Source: Methanocaldococcus sp. 16A
GTDB taxonomy: Archaea; AGJL01; Methanococci; Methanococcales; Methanocaldococcaceae
Length of the DNA: 64,000 nt
Assembly: GCA_049860595.1 (NCBI GenBank)
Contig: CP187551.1
Reading direction: 5' to 3' (one strand)
Shown here: positions 43,552-55,396 of the stretch, piece after piece
Layout: every line of letters starts with the position of its first letter
How positions within the stretch are numbered: the first letter of the stretch is position 1
Made by a program: the position numbers and the translations under genes
The notes under the pieces: model-generated
Seen by the model: only the letters and a program-made list of their open reading frames with translations
Database searches by the model: none
What the model was told of the DNA's origin: nothing

Positions 43552-46233
43552 TTATTGTTTATTTTTAACGAATTCAATGACTTTCTTCTTAATCTCCTCT
43601 ATATCTCCTTCATATTTTCCTTGAGCTAAATGTTCTCTTCCTCCTCCTTTAGCAATATATCTTATAAGCTCATTCATCTTTATATCAACATTTTCTCCTC
43701 TTTTGCATAGTATATTGCCCTTATCATTTAATAATACAACTATAGCTTTTTCAGTAGCTAAGTTATCAGCTATATTCAACATTTCCTTTGGATTTGCATC
43801 AACTTTTTCAACTAAAACTTTGTAATTTCCAATTGTCTCAAACTTATTCATTAATTCAAATTTCTTAAGTTCTCCTATCTTTTTCTCTAACTCCTCTATC
43901 TTCTTTCTTTGTTCTTTCCACTCTTCAAAGAATCTCTTTATAACTTTTGGTAATTCTTCAGCAGGACATCTTAAAATTTCAGCACTCTCCTCTAAAGTAT
44001 CTTCCATATCTTGAACTGCTTTTAAAGCACTTAAACCACTTGAATAAATCAGCCTTTCTACTCCATCTTGAACTCTTTCTGTCTTAATTATCTTTATAAA
44101 CCCAACTTCTCCAGTCTTTTGGCAATGTGTTCCTCCACATGCTTGAACATCCACAATATCTCCATTTTCATCCTCAATAATAAGTATTCTCAAAACATTT
44201 CCTGGAACAACTCCCCCTTGATATATTCTAAATCCAAACTTCTCTTCAGCTTCATTTCTATCCATAAACACACTTTTTACATTGTAGTTATTTAGAACAA
44301 TTTCATTAGCTATTCTCTCAATTTCTTTCAGTTCTTCTCTGCTTATTCTCTTATAGTGAGTTATGTCCAATCTTGCTTTATCTACATCAACATCTGAACC
44401 TGCCTGCCAAACATGCTTTCCTAAAACTTTTTGAGCTGCTGCATTTATAATGTGTGTTGCAGTGTGGTTTCTCATTAAACTCAACCTTCTATCCCAATCA
44501 ATAACTCCTCTAATAATATCTCCTTCTTTTAATTCATCATTTAAGTTTTCTATTTTATGATATGCAATGTCATTTTCTTTCTGCACATCAATAACTCTAA
44601 ACTTCTTATCTCCTTTTATTATATATCCTGTATCTGCCTTCTGCCCTCCTCCCTCTGGATAAAAGGCAGTTTTATCTAAGATTATATAATCATCAACAAC
44701 CTTTAATATTTTTGCCTCAAACTCTTTCATTTTTGGATATTTGTAAAACAATAGTTCAGTTTTTTCAACATCAACTTCTGGCAATTTAATTTTTTCTTTA
44801 ATTTCTTCTCTGTTTTCGTGTCTCTCAGCAACTATTGTATAAAAGTTATCTGGAATGCTAATATCTTTCCCTAAAGATTTAGCGACATCTTTAACTATTT
44901 CTGGAGGTAATCCATGGCTGTCATACAACTCAATTAAATTATCTAAATCTATGGTTTTTTTACTCTTTAACAATCTCTCCACAATACCTTTACCTCTTTC
45001 AATTGTCTGTCTATATTTATTTGTCTCAATTTCTAAGATTTCCATAATATAATCTTCCATATCCAATAGCTCTGGATATAAATCTTTCATATCTTTCAAT
45101 TGCATTGCAACAATCTCAGTTATTGGTATTGAGAGGTTTAATCTATCCATATGTCTTAATGTTTTCCTTATAAGCATTCTAACTAAATATCCATCTTTAA
45201 CGTTTGATGGTACTATTCCATCTCCTAACATGAAAGCTAAAGCTCTTGTGTGGTCTGCTATTGCATAGATATCTTCATAAGGAGCTATTAACTTGTCTAA
45301 TTCATCAACTGGAATATTTACTTTATTAGCAACCTCCTCCCTCAACTTTCTTAAATCTCCAACATCCTTAACATCCATCAAACCAGCAACTTCAGTTATC
45401 TTAGCTAATATCTCCTTATCTATATCCTTAACTCCAGCATTTTCCTTCAATTTATTAACAACATTTTTAAATATGGCATCATATATTGTTGGTTCTCCAG
45501 TTGAAGCCCAGACAAACCTTTCAATTCCATAACCAGTATCAACTATTTTTAATGGTATCTCTTTATAGCTATCTCCAACTTTCTCATACTGCATAAAAAC
45601 TAAAGTAGCTAATTCAACTCCATGTGTTATTACCTCATAGCACGGCCCAGCATTTCCTCCTCCTTCCCACCAACTCTCAATGAATGTTATAGATTTCTCA
45701 TCAATTCCTAATTTTTTAAAGAAATTAAAACAAAGCTCAACAGTTTCATCCTGCCAATATTTAAAATCATCTTCTCTATTAAAAGCATGATGTCCTCCCA
45801 TTGTGAAACATGTTAAATGCCTTCCAGTCCTTCCAACGTTATCTATATCGTTCAACCTAATACATGGCTGAGCTATAACTAAAGGATTAGCTTTTGGCTT
45901 CACTATACCTTTAGTAACCCATGGTTGAAATACTGCTATAGAAGCTATTGTTAATAAAATATCATCTCTCCATCTTCTTGCAGTTACAGGAGCTCTTTTT
46001 ATTGGTTCATGCCCATGCTCTTTAAAGAAGTTTATAAATTCATTAACCATCTCTTTATAATCATAAGGCTTTTTAGTTATTGGTTTTCCTATAAAGGAAT
46101 AGATATCACAAGGTGCATCCCCACATGTTTCTCTCTCCTCATCTAAAGTCCAAAAGTATTGCCCACATTTTTTACACTTCTTTCTTACAAATCCTAATTC
46201 ATCAAACAATTTTACTTTGTAATTGTGCTCCAT
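43552..46233 (-). CDS. alaS: Alanyl-tRNA synthetase
   Basis: [39 protein letters not shown]. Confidence 0.97.
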   Translation of the reverse strand: MEHNYKVKLFDELGFVRKKCKKCGQYFWTLDEERETCGDAPCDIYSFIGKPITKKPYDYKEMVNEFINFFKEHGHEPIKRAPVTARRWRDDILLTIASIAVFQPWVTKGIVKPKANPLVIAQPCIRLNDIDNVGRTGRHLTCFTMGGHHAFNREDDFKYWQDETVELCFNFFKKLGIDEKSITFIESWWEGGGNAGPCYEVITHGVELATLVFMQYEKVGDSYKEIPLKIVDTGYGIERFVWASTGEPTIYDAIFKNVVNKLKENAGVKDIDKEILAKITEVAGLMDVKDVGDLRKLREEVANKVNIPVDELDKLIAPYEDIYAIADHTRALAFMLGDGIVPSNVKDGYLVRMLIRKTLRHMDRLNLSIPITEIVAMQLKDMKDLYPELLDMEDYIMEILEIETNKYRQTIERGKGIVERLLKSKKTIDLDNLIELYDSHGLPPEIVKDVAKSLGKDISIPDNFYTIVAERHENREEIKEKIKLPEVDVEKTELLFYKYPKMKEFEAKILKVVDDYIILDKTAFYPEGGGQKADTGYIIKGDKKFRVIDVQKENDIAYHKIENLNDELKEGDIIRGVIDWDRRLSLMRNHTATHIINAAAQKVLGKHVWQAGSDVDVDKARLDITHYKRISREELKEIERIANEIVLNNYNVKSVFMDRNEAEEKFGFRIYQGGVVPGNVLRILIIEDENGDIVDVQACGGTHCQKTGEVGFIKIIKTERVQDGVERLIYSSGLSALKAVQDMEDTLEESAEILRCPAEELPKVIKRFFEEWKEQRKKIEELEKKIGELKKFELMNKFETIGNYKVLVEKVDANPKEMLNIADNLATEKAIVVLLNDKGNILCKRGENVDIKMNELIRYIAKGGGREHLAQGKYEGDIEEIKKKVIEFVKNKQ

Positions 46234-46298
46234 CCCATCACCTTAATGATTTTTATAAGCTAATCTATGATTTAGGTAAGTTATATTTAAATATTAAT

Positions 46299-46392
46299 TA
46301 AGACTTTCGCAGGAATAAATAACATTATTATTGAATATAGAAACCTAAAGGTGTCAAAGTTTCAAACTTTAATGTATAAAGTGTAGGGATAT
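46299..46392. repeat. Degenerate MITE-like copy upstream of the CRISPR leader
   Basis: Left end TAAGACTTTCGCAGGAATAAAT; right TIR decayed. Confidence 0.45.
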
Positions 46393-46399
46393 ATTTTAA

Positions 46400-46776
46400 T
46401 ATTCAAATAATATTTATCACGCTAAAACTTTTTTATTTTTAATTTAAATCTTTTTAAAAACTTATTTTTTGATTTTAAGGATTTTTAGGAAACTTCAAAG
46501 GGCGGTTTATTTTCAATATTTTATTTATTTGGATGTATTAAATTAGTAAGATTTTTATGGAATTTTAACTAATTACTTTTAGATTAAAATTTCTCCAATA
46601 AATAGTTTGATTTTTTAGTTAAGATGTTTTATTATGCTTTTTATTATGGATGCATAAAGTATTTATATTAGTTGTGGATTTATAAATAAAATAAGTAATT
46701 GAGTGGTAGAAATATATACCTCATAAATTAAAACCCTAAAAATGCTTAATTTCAATAAATTCAAAAAATGCCACCT
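46400..46776 (+). promoter_or_regulatory. CRISPR leader (left boundary approximate)
   Basis: Non-coding AT-rich region abutting the first repeat, opposite the degenerate end; TATA-like TTTATATT (46662) and TTTATAAA (46679). Confidence 0.7.
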
Positions 46777-49700
46777 ATTAAAGTCAGACCGATTCGGTAT
46801 GGAAAGATATATCTAGATAGTCAATATAGCTAATTGATACTATTATAATTAAAGTCAGACCGATTCGGTATGGAAAGATATCATGAATGCTAGTAAATGA
46901 TTATAATTAAAGTCAGACCGATTCGGTATGGAAAGATAATATTAGACTAGATTCAGAATTATAGATTAAAGTCAGACCGATTCGGTATGGAAAGGGAAGA
47001 GTCAGAACATACTTGAAAAGAAGATATGGAATTAAAGTCAGACCGATTCGGTATGGAAAGTGTCTTTGAACATGTTCCCCCACCATAAGTTTAATTATTA
47101 AAGTCAGACCGATTCGGTATGGAAAGCAATCCTTGTTCATGGAAGTAATTACACAATTTTACATTAAAGTCAGACCGATTCGGTATGGAAAGGAATTTGG
47201 AGAGCAATATGCAAGATGGTTGGATAATTAAAGTCAGACCGATTCGGTATGGAAAGTTGAATCTCTAAGAAATACCATATTATTGTTCCAACGATAATTA
47301 AAGTCAGACCGATTCGGTATGGAAAGTTTTATAAAATCTATATTTTTCTGGAATATTGCCATTAAAGTCAGACCGATTCGGTATGGAAACGGGAAAGGAT
47401 ATTTATGAAACCATCTGGAATATAATATATTAAAGTCAGACCGATTCGGTATGGAAACATGGTTTATGGATTTGGACAAAAGTAAATATCTCTGCAAATT
47501 AAAGTCAGACCGATTCGGTATGGAAACACAATTACCGACGCAGTTCCACCTATAACTTCTGCAATTAAAGTCAGACCGATTCGGTATGGAAACTGAACAA
47601 GGATTGTGGGGGAAAGTAATAATTTACGATGAATTATTAAAGTCAGACCGATTCGGTATGGAAACTCTCCTTCATAAACACTAACAGTAATTGAGCTTGG
47701 ATACATTATTAAAGTCAGACCGATTCGGTATGGAAACATAATACAATCAACAATATTGAAGAAAGTGTAAAGAATTAAAGTCAGACCGATTCGGTATGGA
47801 AACTAAGTTTAATTTTGTTCTTTAAATCCTTCAAAGTTATTCTATTAAAGTCAGACCGATTCGGTATGGAAACATGTTTATTTATGCATTAGTTATGATT
47901 GCTGTAGATTAAAGTCAGACCGATTCGGTATGGAAACCAGTTCTAAAATTCTTGCCATTGCTGATAATTCAATTAAAGTCAGACCGATTCGGTATGGAAA
48001 CTTAAGAAATCAAGGTTTTGGGAATTGTTATGGAATTAAAGTCAGACCGATTCGGTATGGAAACCATCAGTATTGGAAAATAAACTAACATTAGCTTCAA
48101 ATCATTAAAGTCAGACCGATTCGGTATGGAAACTTAAGAAATCAAGGTTTTGGGAATTGTTATGGAATTAAAGTCAGACCGATTCGGTATGGAAACCATC
48201 AGTATTGGAAAATAAACTAACATTAGCTTCAAATCATTAAAGTCAGACCGATTCGGTATGGAAACTATATTGCTTTTTCAGGAGGTAAGGATTCTACAGC
48301 ATATTAAAGTCAGACCGATTCGGTATGGAAACAGCAGAGCTTCAAGCAGCACTTGCAGAAAGAAAAAGAAGAATTAAAGTCAGACCGATTCGGTATGGAA
48401 ACCTTAGAGATTGGAGCTGGAAGGATGTTTGGGCTTAATTAAAGTCAGACCGATTCGGTATGGAAACTATTCTCAATGCTGACCTGCTAATAAATCTCTT
48501 CACATCTAATTAAAGTCAGACCGATTCGGTATGGAAACTTTTATCTCTTTACAAAGAGGAACGCACTTGCTGTTAAATTAAAGTCAGACCGATTCGGTAT
48601 GGAAACCAGTATGGTTTAGTTCGTTATAGCTGAAGGCCTTAAATTAAAGTCAGACCGATTCGGTATGGAAACTTTATTACTGCATATATTGGTATGGTGG
48701 TGTTATTTATTAAAGTCAGACCGATTCGGTATGGAAACTTCTCTTGGTGTAACATTTTCACCAGCAAGAGCTCTAACTGATTAAAGTCAGACCGATTCGG
48801 TATGGAAACAGTGTTCCTGTTTTATAAATTTGTCCATTCACATATAATTAAAGTCAGACCGATTCGGTATGGAAACTGTTTGAATATACAATCTGTTTTT
48901 CTAAGTCGAATGTTATTAAAGTCAGACCGATTCGGTATGGAAACATTGCAAAAATAGCATATTATCATATAGTTTTGACAATTAAAGTCAGACCGATTCG
49001 GTATGGAAACTAGAAAGGTGTAGAAAAGAGCTAATATTATTTATGGTGAATTAAAGTCAGACCGATTCGGTATGGAAACTTGGGACTTCAGCTGAAGATG
49101 CTATATACGTCAGGAATTAAAGTCAGACCGATTCGGTATGGAAACCAAAAATTTTTTAGATTATGTAAGGAATAACTGTAACTATTAAAGTCAGACCGAT
49201 TCGGTATGGAAACTTGTTTTTGCCCTGATTTGGTTAGATAGATAAAAAAATTAAAATTAAAGTCAGACCGATTCGGTATGGAAACTACTTTACAAGAAAA
49301 GCAGATTATACTGGAAACTATTAAAGTCAGACCGATTCGGTATGGAAACGGAGTTGGGAAAACTGTGATGATGAGGAAAGTTGCTCAAATTATTAAAGTC
49401 AGACCGATTCGGTATGGAAACAGCTTCTTTTTCACTCCCATTTTCAATGAGTTCTTTAAATTAAAGTCAGACCGATTCGGTATGGAAACTACAGCTTGCT
49501 TTAGAGCTTGATAAAACATTCGACTTAGAATTAAAGTCAGACCGATTCGGTATGGAAACAAAGTTTTAGGCAATCCAATGACGTCAGCTAATTTATTAAA
49601 GTCAGACCGATTCGGTATGGAAACTCACAGCCAATAAAAAAAGCAAGATGAGATTAATAAAATAATTAAAGTCAGACCGATTCGGTATGGAAACGAGGAA

Positions 49701-51257
49701 GTTTTGGAACTGAAAACCAATGCAATGAGAAGATTAAAGTCAGACCGATTCGGTATGGAAACACGATTAATGTGACAACATTAGCAAATACTGTAATGAA
49801 TTAAAGTCAGACCGATTCGGTATGGAAACTTGCAAATTTAAAAAACAAATAAAATAAAGCTCTATTAAACATTAAAGTCAGACCGATTCGGTATGGAAAC
49901 AGCTCTTCAAGTAATTGTTTTTGCATCTTAAGATATTGAATTATTAAAGTCAGACCGATTCGGTATGGAAACTTCAACCCCCCCAATTTTTGTTGATAAT
50001 ATATGACAAATTAAAGTCAGACCGATTCGGTATGGAAACCAACAATTAGGATTTATGGATAAATTAGCTCTATCATTAAAGTCAGACCGATTCGGTATGG
50101 AAACTTAATGCATCTTCTGGTTTTAAATTTAGGATTTCGTCTAACATTAAAGTCAGACCGATTCGGTATGGAAACCCAACTGTTGAAGAAATACATCAAA
50201 AACAAATGCTATTAAAGTCAGACCGATTCGGTATGGAAACAGAAATTAGGTTACAAGAGCCGATAGAAGAAACATGATTAAAGTCAGACCGATTCGGTAT
50301 GGAAACTCATATCTACAACTTTGTCGATTATTTCCACAAGAAATTAAAGTCAGACCGATTCGGTATGGAAACATCTAATTGACTTTATTCTCTTCTCAAT
50401 ATCATCATCCTTCTCATTAAAGTCAGACCGATTCGGTATGGAAACATACATAAGCTGTTACTTTTGTGATATGAACACAGTTCTCATTAAAGTCAGACCG
50501 ATTCGGTATGGAAACTTTAAGAATTACAAAGTATTTAGATAATTCATTATTATTAAAGTCAGACCGATTCGGTATGGAAACATATTCTTTTTGTGATGCA
50601 AAGTATAAATTCCAGTATTAAAGTCAGACCGATTCGGTATGGAAACATATTCTTTTTGTGATGCAAAGTATAAATTCCAGTATTAAAGTCAGACCGATTC
50701 GGTATGGAAACTCAATCCAATGTCCATTTTCTTCATCTTCTCTACAACCACAATTAAAGTCAGACCGATTCGGTATGGAAACCTCTGTCTTTTCATCAAA
50801 ATAACAAATCCCGCATCTATTAAAGTCAGACCGATTCGGTATGGAAATATCCAAAAAGACGATGATGATATTGAGAGTATGATTATTAAAGTCAGACCGA
50901 TTCGGTATGGAAATATCCAAAAAGACGATGATGATATTGAGAGTATGATTATTAAAGTCAGACCGATTCGGTATGGAAATATCCAAAAAGACGATGATGA
51001 TATTGAGAGTATGATTATTAAAGTCAGACCGATTCGGTATGGAAATATCCAAAAAGACGATGATGATATTGAGAGTATGATTATTAAAGTCAGACCGATT
51101 CGGTATGGAAATAAGGGGCTTAATTGGACATAGAACATATACACATACTTTATAATTAAAATCAGATCGATACAGTATGGAAACGTTTTAGAAGTCCATA
51201 ACTCAAAGAAATCGGTGTTATAATTTTATTAAAATCAGACTGATAATGTAGGGGATA
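46777..51257 (+). CRISPR. CRISPR array: 30-bp repeat ATTAAAGTCAGACCGATTCGGTATGGAAA(G/C/T); 65 near-consensus plus 2 degenerate repeats, 66 spacers; no cas genes in window
   Basis: Counted by eye; spacers 28-43 bp; internal palindrome ACCGA-T-TCGGT; 3' ATGGAAAN handle; degenerate repeats at 51155 and 51228 mark the trailer. Confidence 0.98.
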
Positions 51258-51572
51258 TAGTTTTCTTTTTTCTTTAATAAAAATGGATTCTATTTTTTTA
51301 GCTACCCTAATTAAAACCATACTAATTCAAAACATTGACTTTTTTATAAACCTCATAGATTTTACATTAAATTCTCGCATAATCGTTTTGATTTCTAAAT
51401 TTAAAATAAACAATTACCTTATTTTCTTTAAAACTTCGATTTCCTTTATCAGAATATTCTCCTCGAAAAGGTAAAATATTTTTGAAATATATTACAATTA
51501 TTTTGATATAAAAAACTCAACTTTTTTATACAGTTTATTCAAACTATAACACAAAAAATATTTGGGGATAGA

Positions 51573-52214
51573 ATGCCAAAGTTGATGTTAGCCCTCGATG
51601 TTTTAAATAAAGAGGATGCCTTAAAGATAACTGAAGAGGTTAAAGATTACGTTGATGCTATAAAAGTTGGATACCCTTTAGTTTTATCTGCTGGAATAGA
51701 AATTATAGAAGAAATAAAAAAAATCTGCAATAAGGAGGTTATATGCGATTTTAAGGTTGCAGATATTCCATCAACAAATGAGAAGATAGCAAAGATAGCT
51801 TTAAAATATGCTGATGGGATAATAGTCCATGGTTTTGTTGGAGAAGACTCTGTTAAAGCAGTTCAAGATGTTGCTAAAAAATTAAATAAAAAAGTAATAA
51901 TGGTTACTGAAATGAGTCATCCTGGAGCTGTTCAATTTTTACAACCAATAGCTGATAAATTGGCAGAGATGGCTAAAAAGCTTAAAGTTGATGCTATTGT
52001 AGCCCCATCAACAAGACCAGAGAGGCTTAAAGAAATTAAAGAAATTGCAGAATTGCCAGTTATAACTCCAGGTGTTGGAGCTCAGGGAGGAAAAGTTGAA
52101 GATATAATAAATATCTTAGATGAAAATGATTACGTCATTGTTGGAAGGGCTATATATCAATCAAAAAATCCTAAAGAAGCAGCTAAAAAATTTAAAGAAA
52201 TGCTAACCAAGTGA
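51573..52214 (+). CDS. pyrF: Orotidine 5'-phosphate decarboxylase
   Basis: LALD, DFKVADIP, EMSHPG, TPGVGAQGG, IVGRAI. Confidence 0.96.
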   Translation: MPKLMLALDVLNKEDALKITEEVKDYVDAIKVGYPLVLSAGIEIIEEIKKICNKEVICDFKVADIPSTNEKIAKIALKYADGIIVHGFVGEDSVKAVQDVAKKLNKKVIMVTEMSHPGAVQFLQPIADKLAEMAKKLKVDAIVAPSTRPERLKEIKEIAELPVITPGVGAQGGKVEDIINILDENDYVIVGRAIYQSKNPKEAAKKFKEMLTK

Positions 52215-52218
52215 TAAA

Positions 52219-52686
52219 ATGAAAAAGAAAAAAGATATACTAATTGTTGGTTGTGGAAATCTCTTATTTGGAGATGACGGCTTTGGTTGTGAGGTTGTTA
52301 GCAGATTGGAAAAAATGGAACTCCCAGAGAACGTTGAAGTTATTGATGCTGGGGCTAGTGGAGCTTATTATTTAATGACCTTAGTTGATGAAGATATTAA
52401 AAAAATAATAGTTGTTGATGCTATTGATTTTAATTTAGAACCTGGAACAATAAAAAAGATAGATGTTGATGAACTACCAAATATTAGGAAATATTCCTTT
52501 GATGCTCACAACGTTCCATTAGCACCATTTCTCAAAGAGTTGCATGATAAAGGAATTGAAGTCGTAATTATTGGCTGCCAAGGTAAAGAATTTACAATGC
52601 CTGATATAAAACCAGGGCTCTCTGAAGAAGTAGCTAAAGCTGTAGATAAAGCAATAGAAATGATTTTAGAAGAGATAAAGAAATAA
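52219..52686 (+). CDS. frhD: Hydrogenase maturation protease (FrhD-like)
   Basis: GCGNLLFGDDGFG, VVDAID, DAH, GLSEEV. Confidence 0.82.
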   Translation: MKKKKDILIVGCGNLLFGDDGFGCEVVSRLEKMELPENVEVIDAGASGAYYLMTLVDEDIKKIIVVDAIDFNLEPGTIKKIDVDELPNIRKYSFDAHNVPLAPFLKELHDKGIEVVIIGCQGKEFTMPDIKPGLSEEVAKAVDKAIEMILEEIKK

Positions 52687-52696
52687 GGGATTTTAC

Positions 52697-53335
52697 ATGC
52701 TTAGAGAGATTTTGCAAGGAAACGCTGAAAAAGGGACAATAACTCAAATTTATGGACCACCAGGAGTAGGTAAGACAAATATATGCATTATAAACTCTAT
52801 AAATGCTGTTAATTTTGGGAAGGTAATTTATATTGATACTGAAGGAGGCTTATCAATAGAGAGGATTAAACAAATAGTCCCAGACAATTACCAAAAAGTT
52901 TTAGAAAGTATGATAATATACGATGTTTTTGATTTTTATGAGCAAGATAAAGTTATACAAAAAGAGCTTCCATTAATCGCCAATAATGCAAGTTTAATTG
53001 TGGTTGATAACATTACCTCTTTATATAGGTTAGAGTTGGGCGATGAAGCTAACAAAAACATCATGCTCAATAAAATGCTCGGTAATCAAGTAAAAACTTT
53101 ATTAAAATTGGCTAAAACAAAAAACTTAGCTGTTATAATAACAAATCAAGTAAGGGAAACTGTTAATGGCTTTGAAGCTTCTGGAGGGACTTTATTAGAA
53201 TATTGGAGTAAATGTATTGTTAGATTAGAAAAACTTAATGGAGATAGGTTAGCAATATTGGAAAAACATAGACATGCTGGAGAAGAAAATGTAAGGTTTA
53301 AGATAGTTGAAAGAGGTATAGAGATTCTTGATTGA
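52697..53335 (+). CDS. radB: DNA repair and recombination protein RadB
   Basis: YGPPGVGKT, YIDTEGG, ITNQV, LEKHR motif. Confidence 0.93.
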   Translation: MLREILQGNAEKGTITQIYGPPGVGKTNICIINSINAVNFGKVIYIDTEGGLSIERIKQIVPDNYQKVLESMIIYDVFDFYEQDKVIQKELPLIANNASLIVVDNITSLYRLELGDEANKNIMLNKMLGNQVKTLLKLAKTKNLAVIITNQVRETVNGFEASGGTLLEYWSKCIVRLEKLNGDRLAILEKHRHAGEENVRFKIVERGIEILD

Positions 53336-53353
53336 ACTTTTTAATTTTTTAAT

Positions 53354-54109
53354 TTATACCTTCCCAAATGTGTCTCCTCTTAATCCTCTTCTTAATGTCT
53401 CTAAACTTATAACCTCATCAAAGGCAATATTTGCCAAATTAACTGAACTGCCAAACTTCAATATAAAAGCCACCTGCTGATTCTTCTGAGGGGCTTCAAA
53501 GATAACTTTCTTAATATCAACATTTTTAGCTAAGACATCTAATTCCTTTTCCTTTATCTTTCCCTCTTTATCAAACAGTCCAATACATTTACCGCTCTCT
53601 CTACCCTCAATAATAACGTAATCTGCTCCGGCATCTAAATCAAAGTTTATTAACTTAATTCTATCCTCTATAGTTAGTAGTCTATCTTTCTCTGGTAATT
53701 TTTTACCTACTTCAGTTAATACAATAAATTCATTATCTTTAGCTTTCTCTATAGCTTTTTTTCTTTCTTCTAAGCTTATATCTGAAGAACCATCAGAGAT
53801 TTCAATTGCCTCAAAGCCAAGTTTTTCACATTCATTTAAAAATTCATCAAATTTGTTTTTAATGTAGGCGTATTCAAATAATGTTCCTCCAGGATAAACC
53901 TTAATATCCCAATCTTTATAGTAGTTAATTTTTTCTTTAACAACATCTCTATTAATAACTGCAGAGGTTCCCCATCCAAACTTTACAAAATCTATATAAT
54001 CACCACAAACTTTTAAATAATCCTCAACAAATTTTGGAGGCAAACCTTTATCTAACACAACTGTCAAACCTCTATCAAAATCTTCATATAGGAATTCAAA
54101 AGCTTTCAT
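53354..54109 (-). CDS. comA: Phosphosulfolactate synthase (coenzyme M biosynthesis)
   Basis: KFGWGTS, GGTLFE, EISDG, EVGKK, EGRESG, LETLRRGLRGDT. Confidence 0.95.
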   Translation of the reverse strand: MKAFEFLYEDFDRGLTVVLDKGLPPKFVEDYLKVCGDYIDFVKFGWGTSAVINRDVVKEKINYYKDWDIKVYPGGTLFEYAYIKNKFDEFLNECEKLGFEAIEISDGSSDISLEERKKAIEKAKDNEFIVLTEVGKKLPEKDRLLTIEDRIKLINFDLDAGADYVIIEGRESGKCIGLFDKEGKIKEKELDVLAKNVDIKKVIFEAPQKNQQVAFILKFGSSVNLANIAFDEVISLETLRRGLRGDTFGKV

Positions 54110-54300
54110 AATTTATCACCTTTTCTTTTAAGAAATTTTTATATATGATTTTTTTCTTATAATGTAAATATATTATAAAATTATAAAAAGTTTGATAGTA
54201 AATAGCAGAATTAAGTATATATTTTTTATGATTTATTTCCAAAATGGTTTAACTGGTTGAATGTAAAAGCATAATTTTATAGTAAAAGTAGAGGGATAAT

Positions 54301-54813
54301 ATGAGAGGTAGCTTAGCAATCTACAATGCCTTAAAAGAGGCGAATATAGATTTTATATGCTCTGTTCCATGTGCAAATCTAAAAAATTTGTTAAAATTAA
54401 TTGATGAAGATAAAAATATCATCCATATACCAGCAACAAGAGAGGAAGAAGCATTTGGAATATGTGCTGGAGCATATTTAGCAGGAAAGAAAACAGCAAT
54501 ATTACTACAGAATTCAGGAATTGGAAATTCAATAAATGCAATTGCTTCATTATACAAAACTTTCCAAATTCCTACATTATTAATAATCAGTCATAGAGGA
54601 GATTTGAAAGAGCAGATACCTGCTCAAATACCTATGGGAAGATGGATTGAAAAACTGTTAGATGTTTGTGAAATCCCTACTTACAAACCAAAAACTCCAG
54701 AAGAAGCTTATAAATTAATAAAATATGCTTCTTCCTATATGTATAAAATATCTTATCCTGTAGCTTTGTTATTTGATGCGTTATATTGGGAGTATGATTT
54801 AGAACAAAAGTAA
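54301..54813 (+). CDS. comD: Sulfopyruvate decarboxylase alpha subunit
   Basis: SVPC, TREEE, QNSGIGN, SHRG; divergent from comA. Confidence 0.92.
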   Translation: MRGSLAIYNALKEANIDFICSVPCANLKNLLKLIDEDKNIIHIPATREEEAFGICAGAYLAGKKTAILLQNSGIGNSINAIASLYKTFQIPTLLIISHRGDLKEQIPAQIPMGRWIEKLLDVCEIPTYKPKTPEEAYKLIKYASSYMYKISYPVALLFDALYWEYDLEQK

Positions 54814-54831
54814 AAAATAAGAGATGATACT

Positions 54832-55392
54832 ATGTATCCAAAGAGAATAGACATAATTAAAAAGATTGTTGAAAATGTTGGAGAAAAGGAAATAATAGTT
54901 AGCAATATTGGAATACCATCTAAAGAGGTGTATTATGTAAAAGATAGAGAAAGAAACTTTTATATGCTTGGTTCAATGGGATTAGCATCTTCTATTGGCT
55001 TAGGATTGGCTTTAAATTGTGAAGATAAGGTTATAGTTATAGATGGTGATGGCTCTATATTGATGAATTTAGGTTCCCTTTCTACAATAGGATATACAAA
55101 TCCAAAAAATTATATATTGGTTATAATAGATAATTCTGCTTATGGTTCTACAGGTAATCAAAAAACTCATACAAGCAAAAACACTAACTTAGAGAAGATA
55201 GCTAAGGGCTGTGGTTTAGATGCAATAACAACATATAGCTTAGAGGAATTTGAAAAAGAGTTTAAAAAAGCTTTAAATGAAAATAAATGCAAGGTTATTA
55301 TTGCTAAAGCAATCCCATACAATGAAAAATGTCCTAACATAGAGATTCCACCGGTTGTTTTAAAGTATAGATTTATGCAATCTTTAAAGTGA
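54832..55392 (+). CDS. comE: Sulfopyruvate decarboxylase beta subunit
   Basis: NFYMLGSMG, DGDGSILMN, DNSAYGSTGNQ. Confidence 0.92.
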   Translation: MYPKRIDIIKKIVENVGEKEIIVSNIGIPSKEVYYVKDRERNFYMLGSMGLASSIGLGLALNCEDKVIVIDGDGSILMNLGSLSTIGYTNPKNYILVIIDNSAYGSTGNQKTHTSKNTNLEKIAKGCGLDAITTYSLEEFEKEFKKALNENKCKVIIAKAIPYNEKCPNIEIPPVVLKYRFMQSLK

Positions 55393-55396
55393 GAAT

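Noticed and set aside
46913-51144. ORFs in the track with repeated FPYRIGLTLI, SIPNRSDFN or IKVRPIRYGN peptides
   Set aside because: They are translations of the CRISPR repeats, not genes.
46777-51257. Spacers self-targeting this window
   Set aside because: No match noticed by eye; a proper alignment is needed to exclude partial matches.
51283-51474. 63-aa ORF downstream of the CRISPR trailer (possible cas or anti-CRISPR gene)
   Set aside because: No SD, low-complexity Ile/Phe composition, no recognisable motif.
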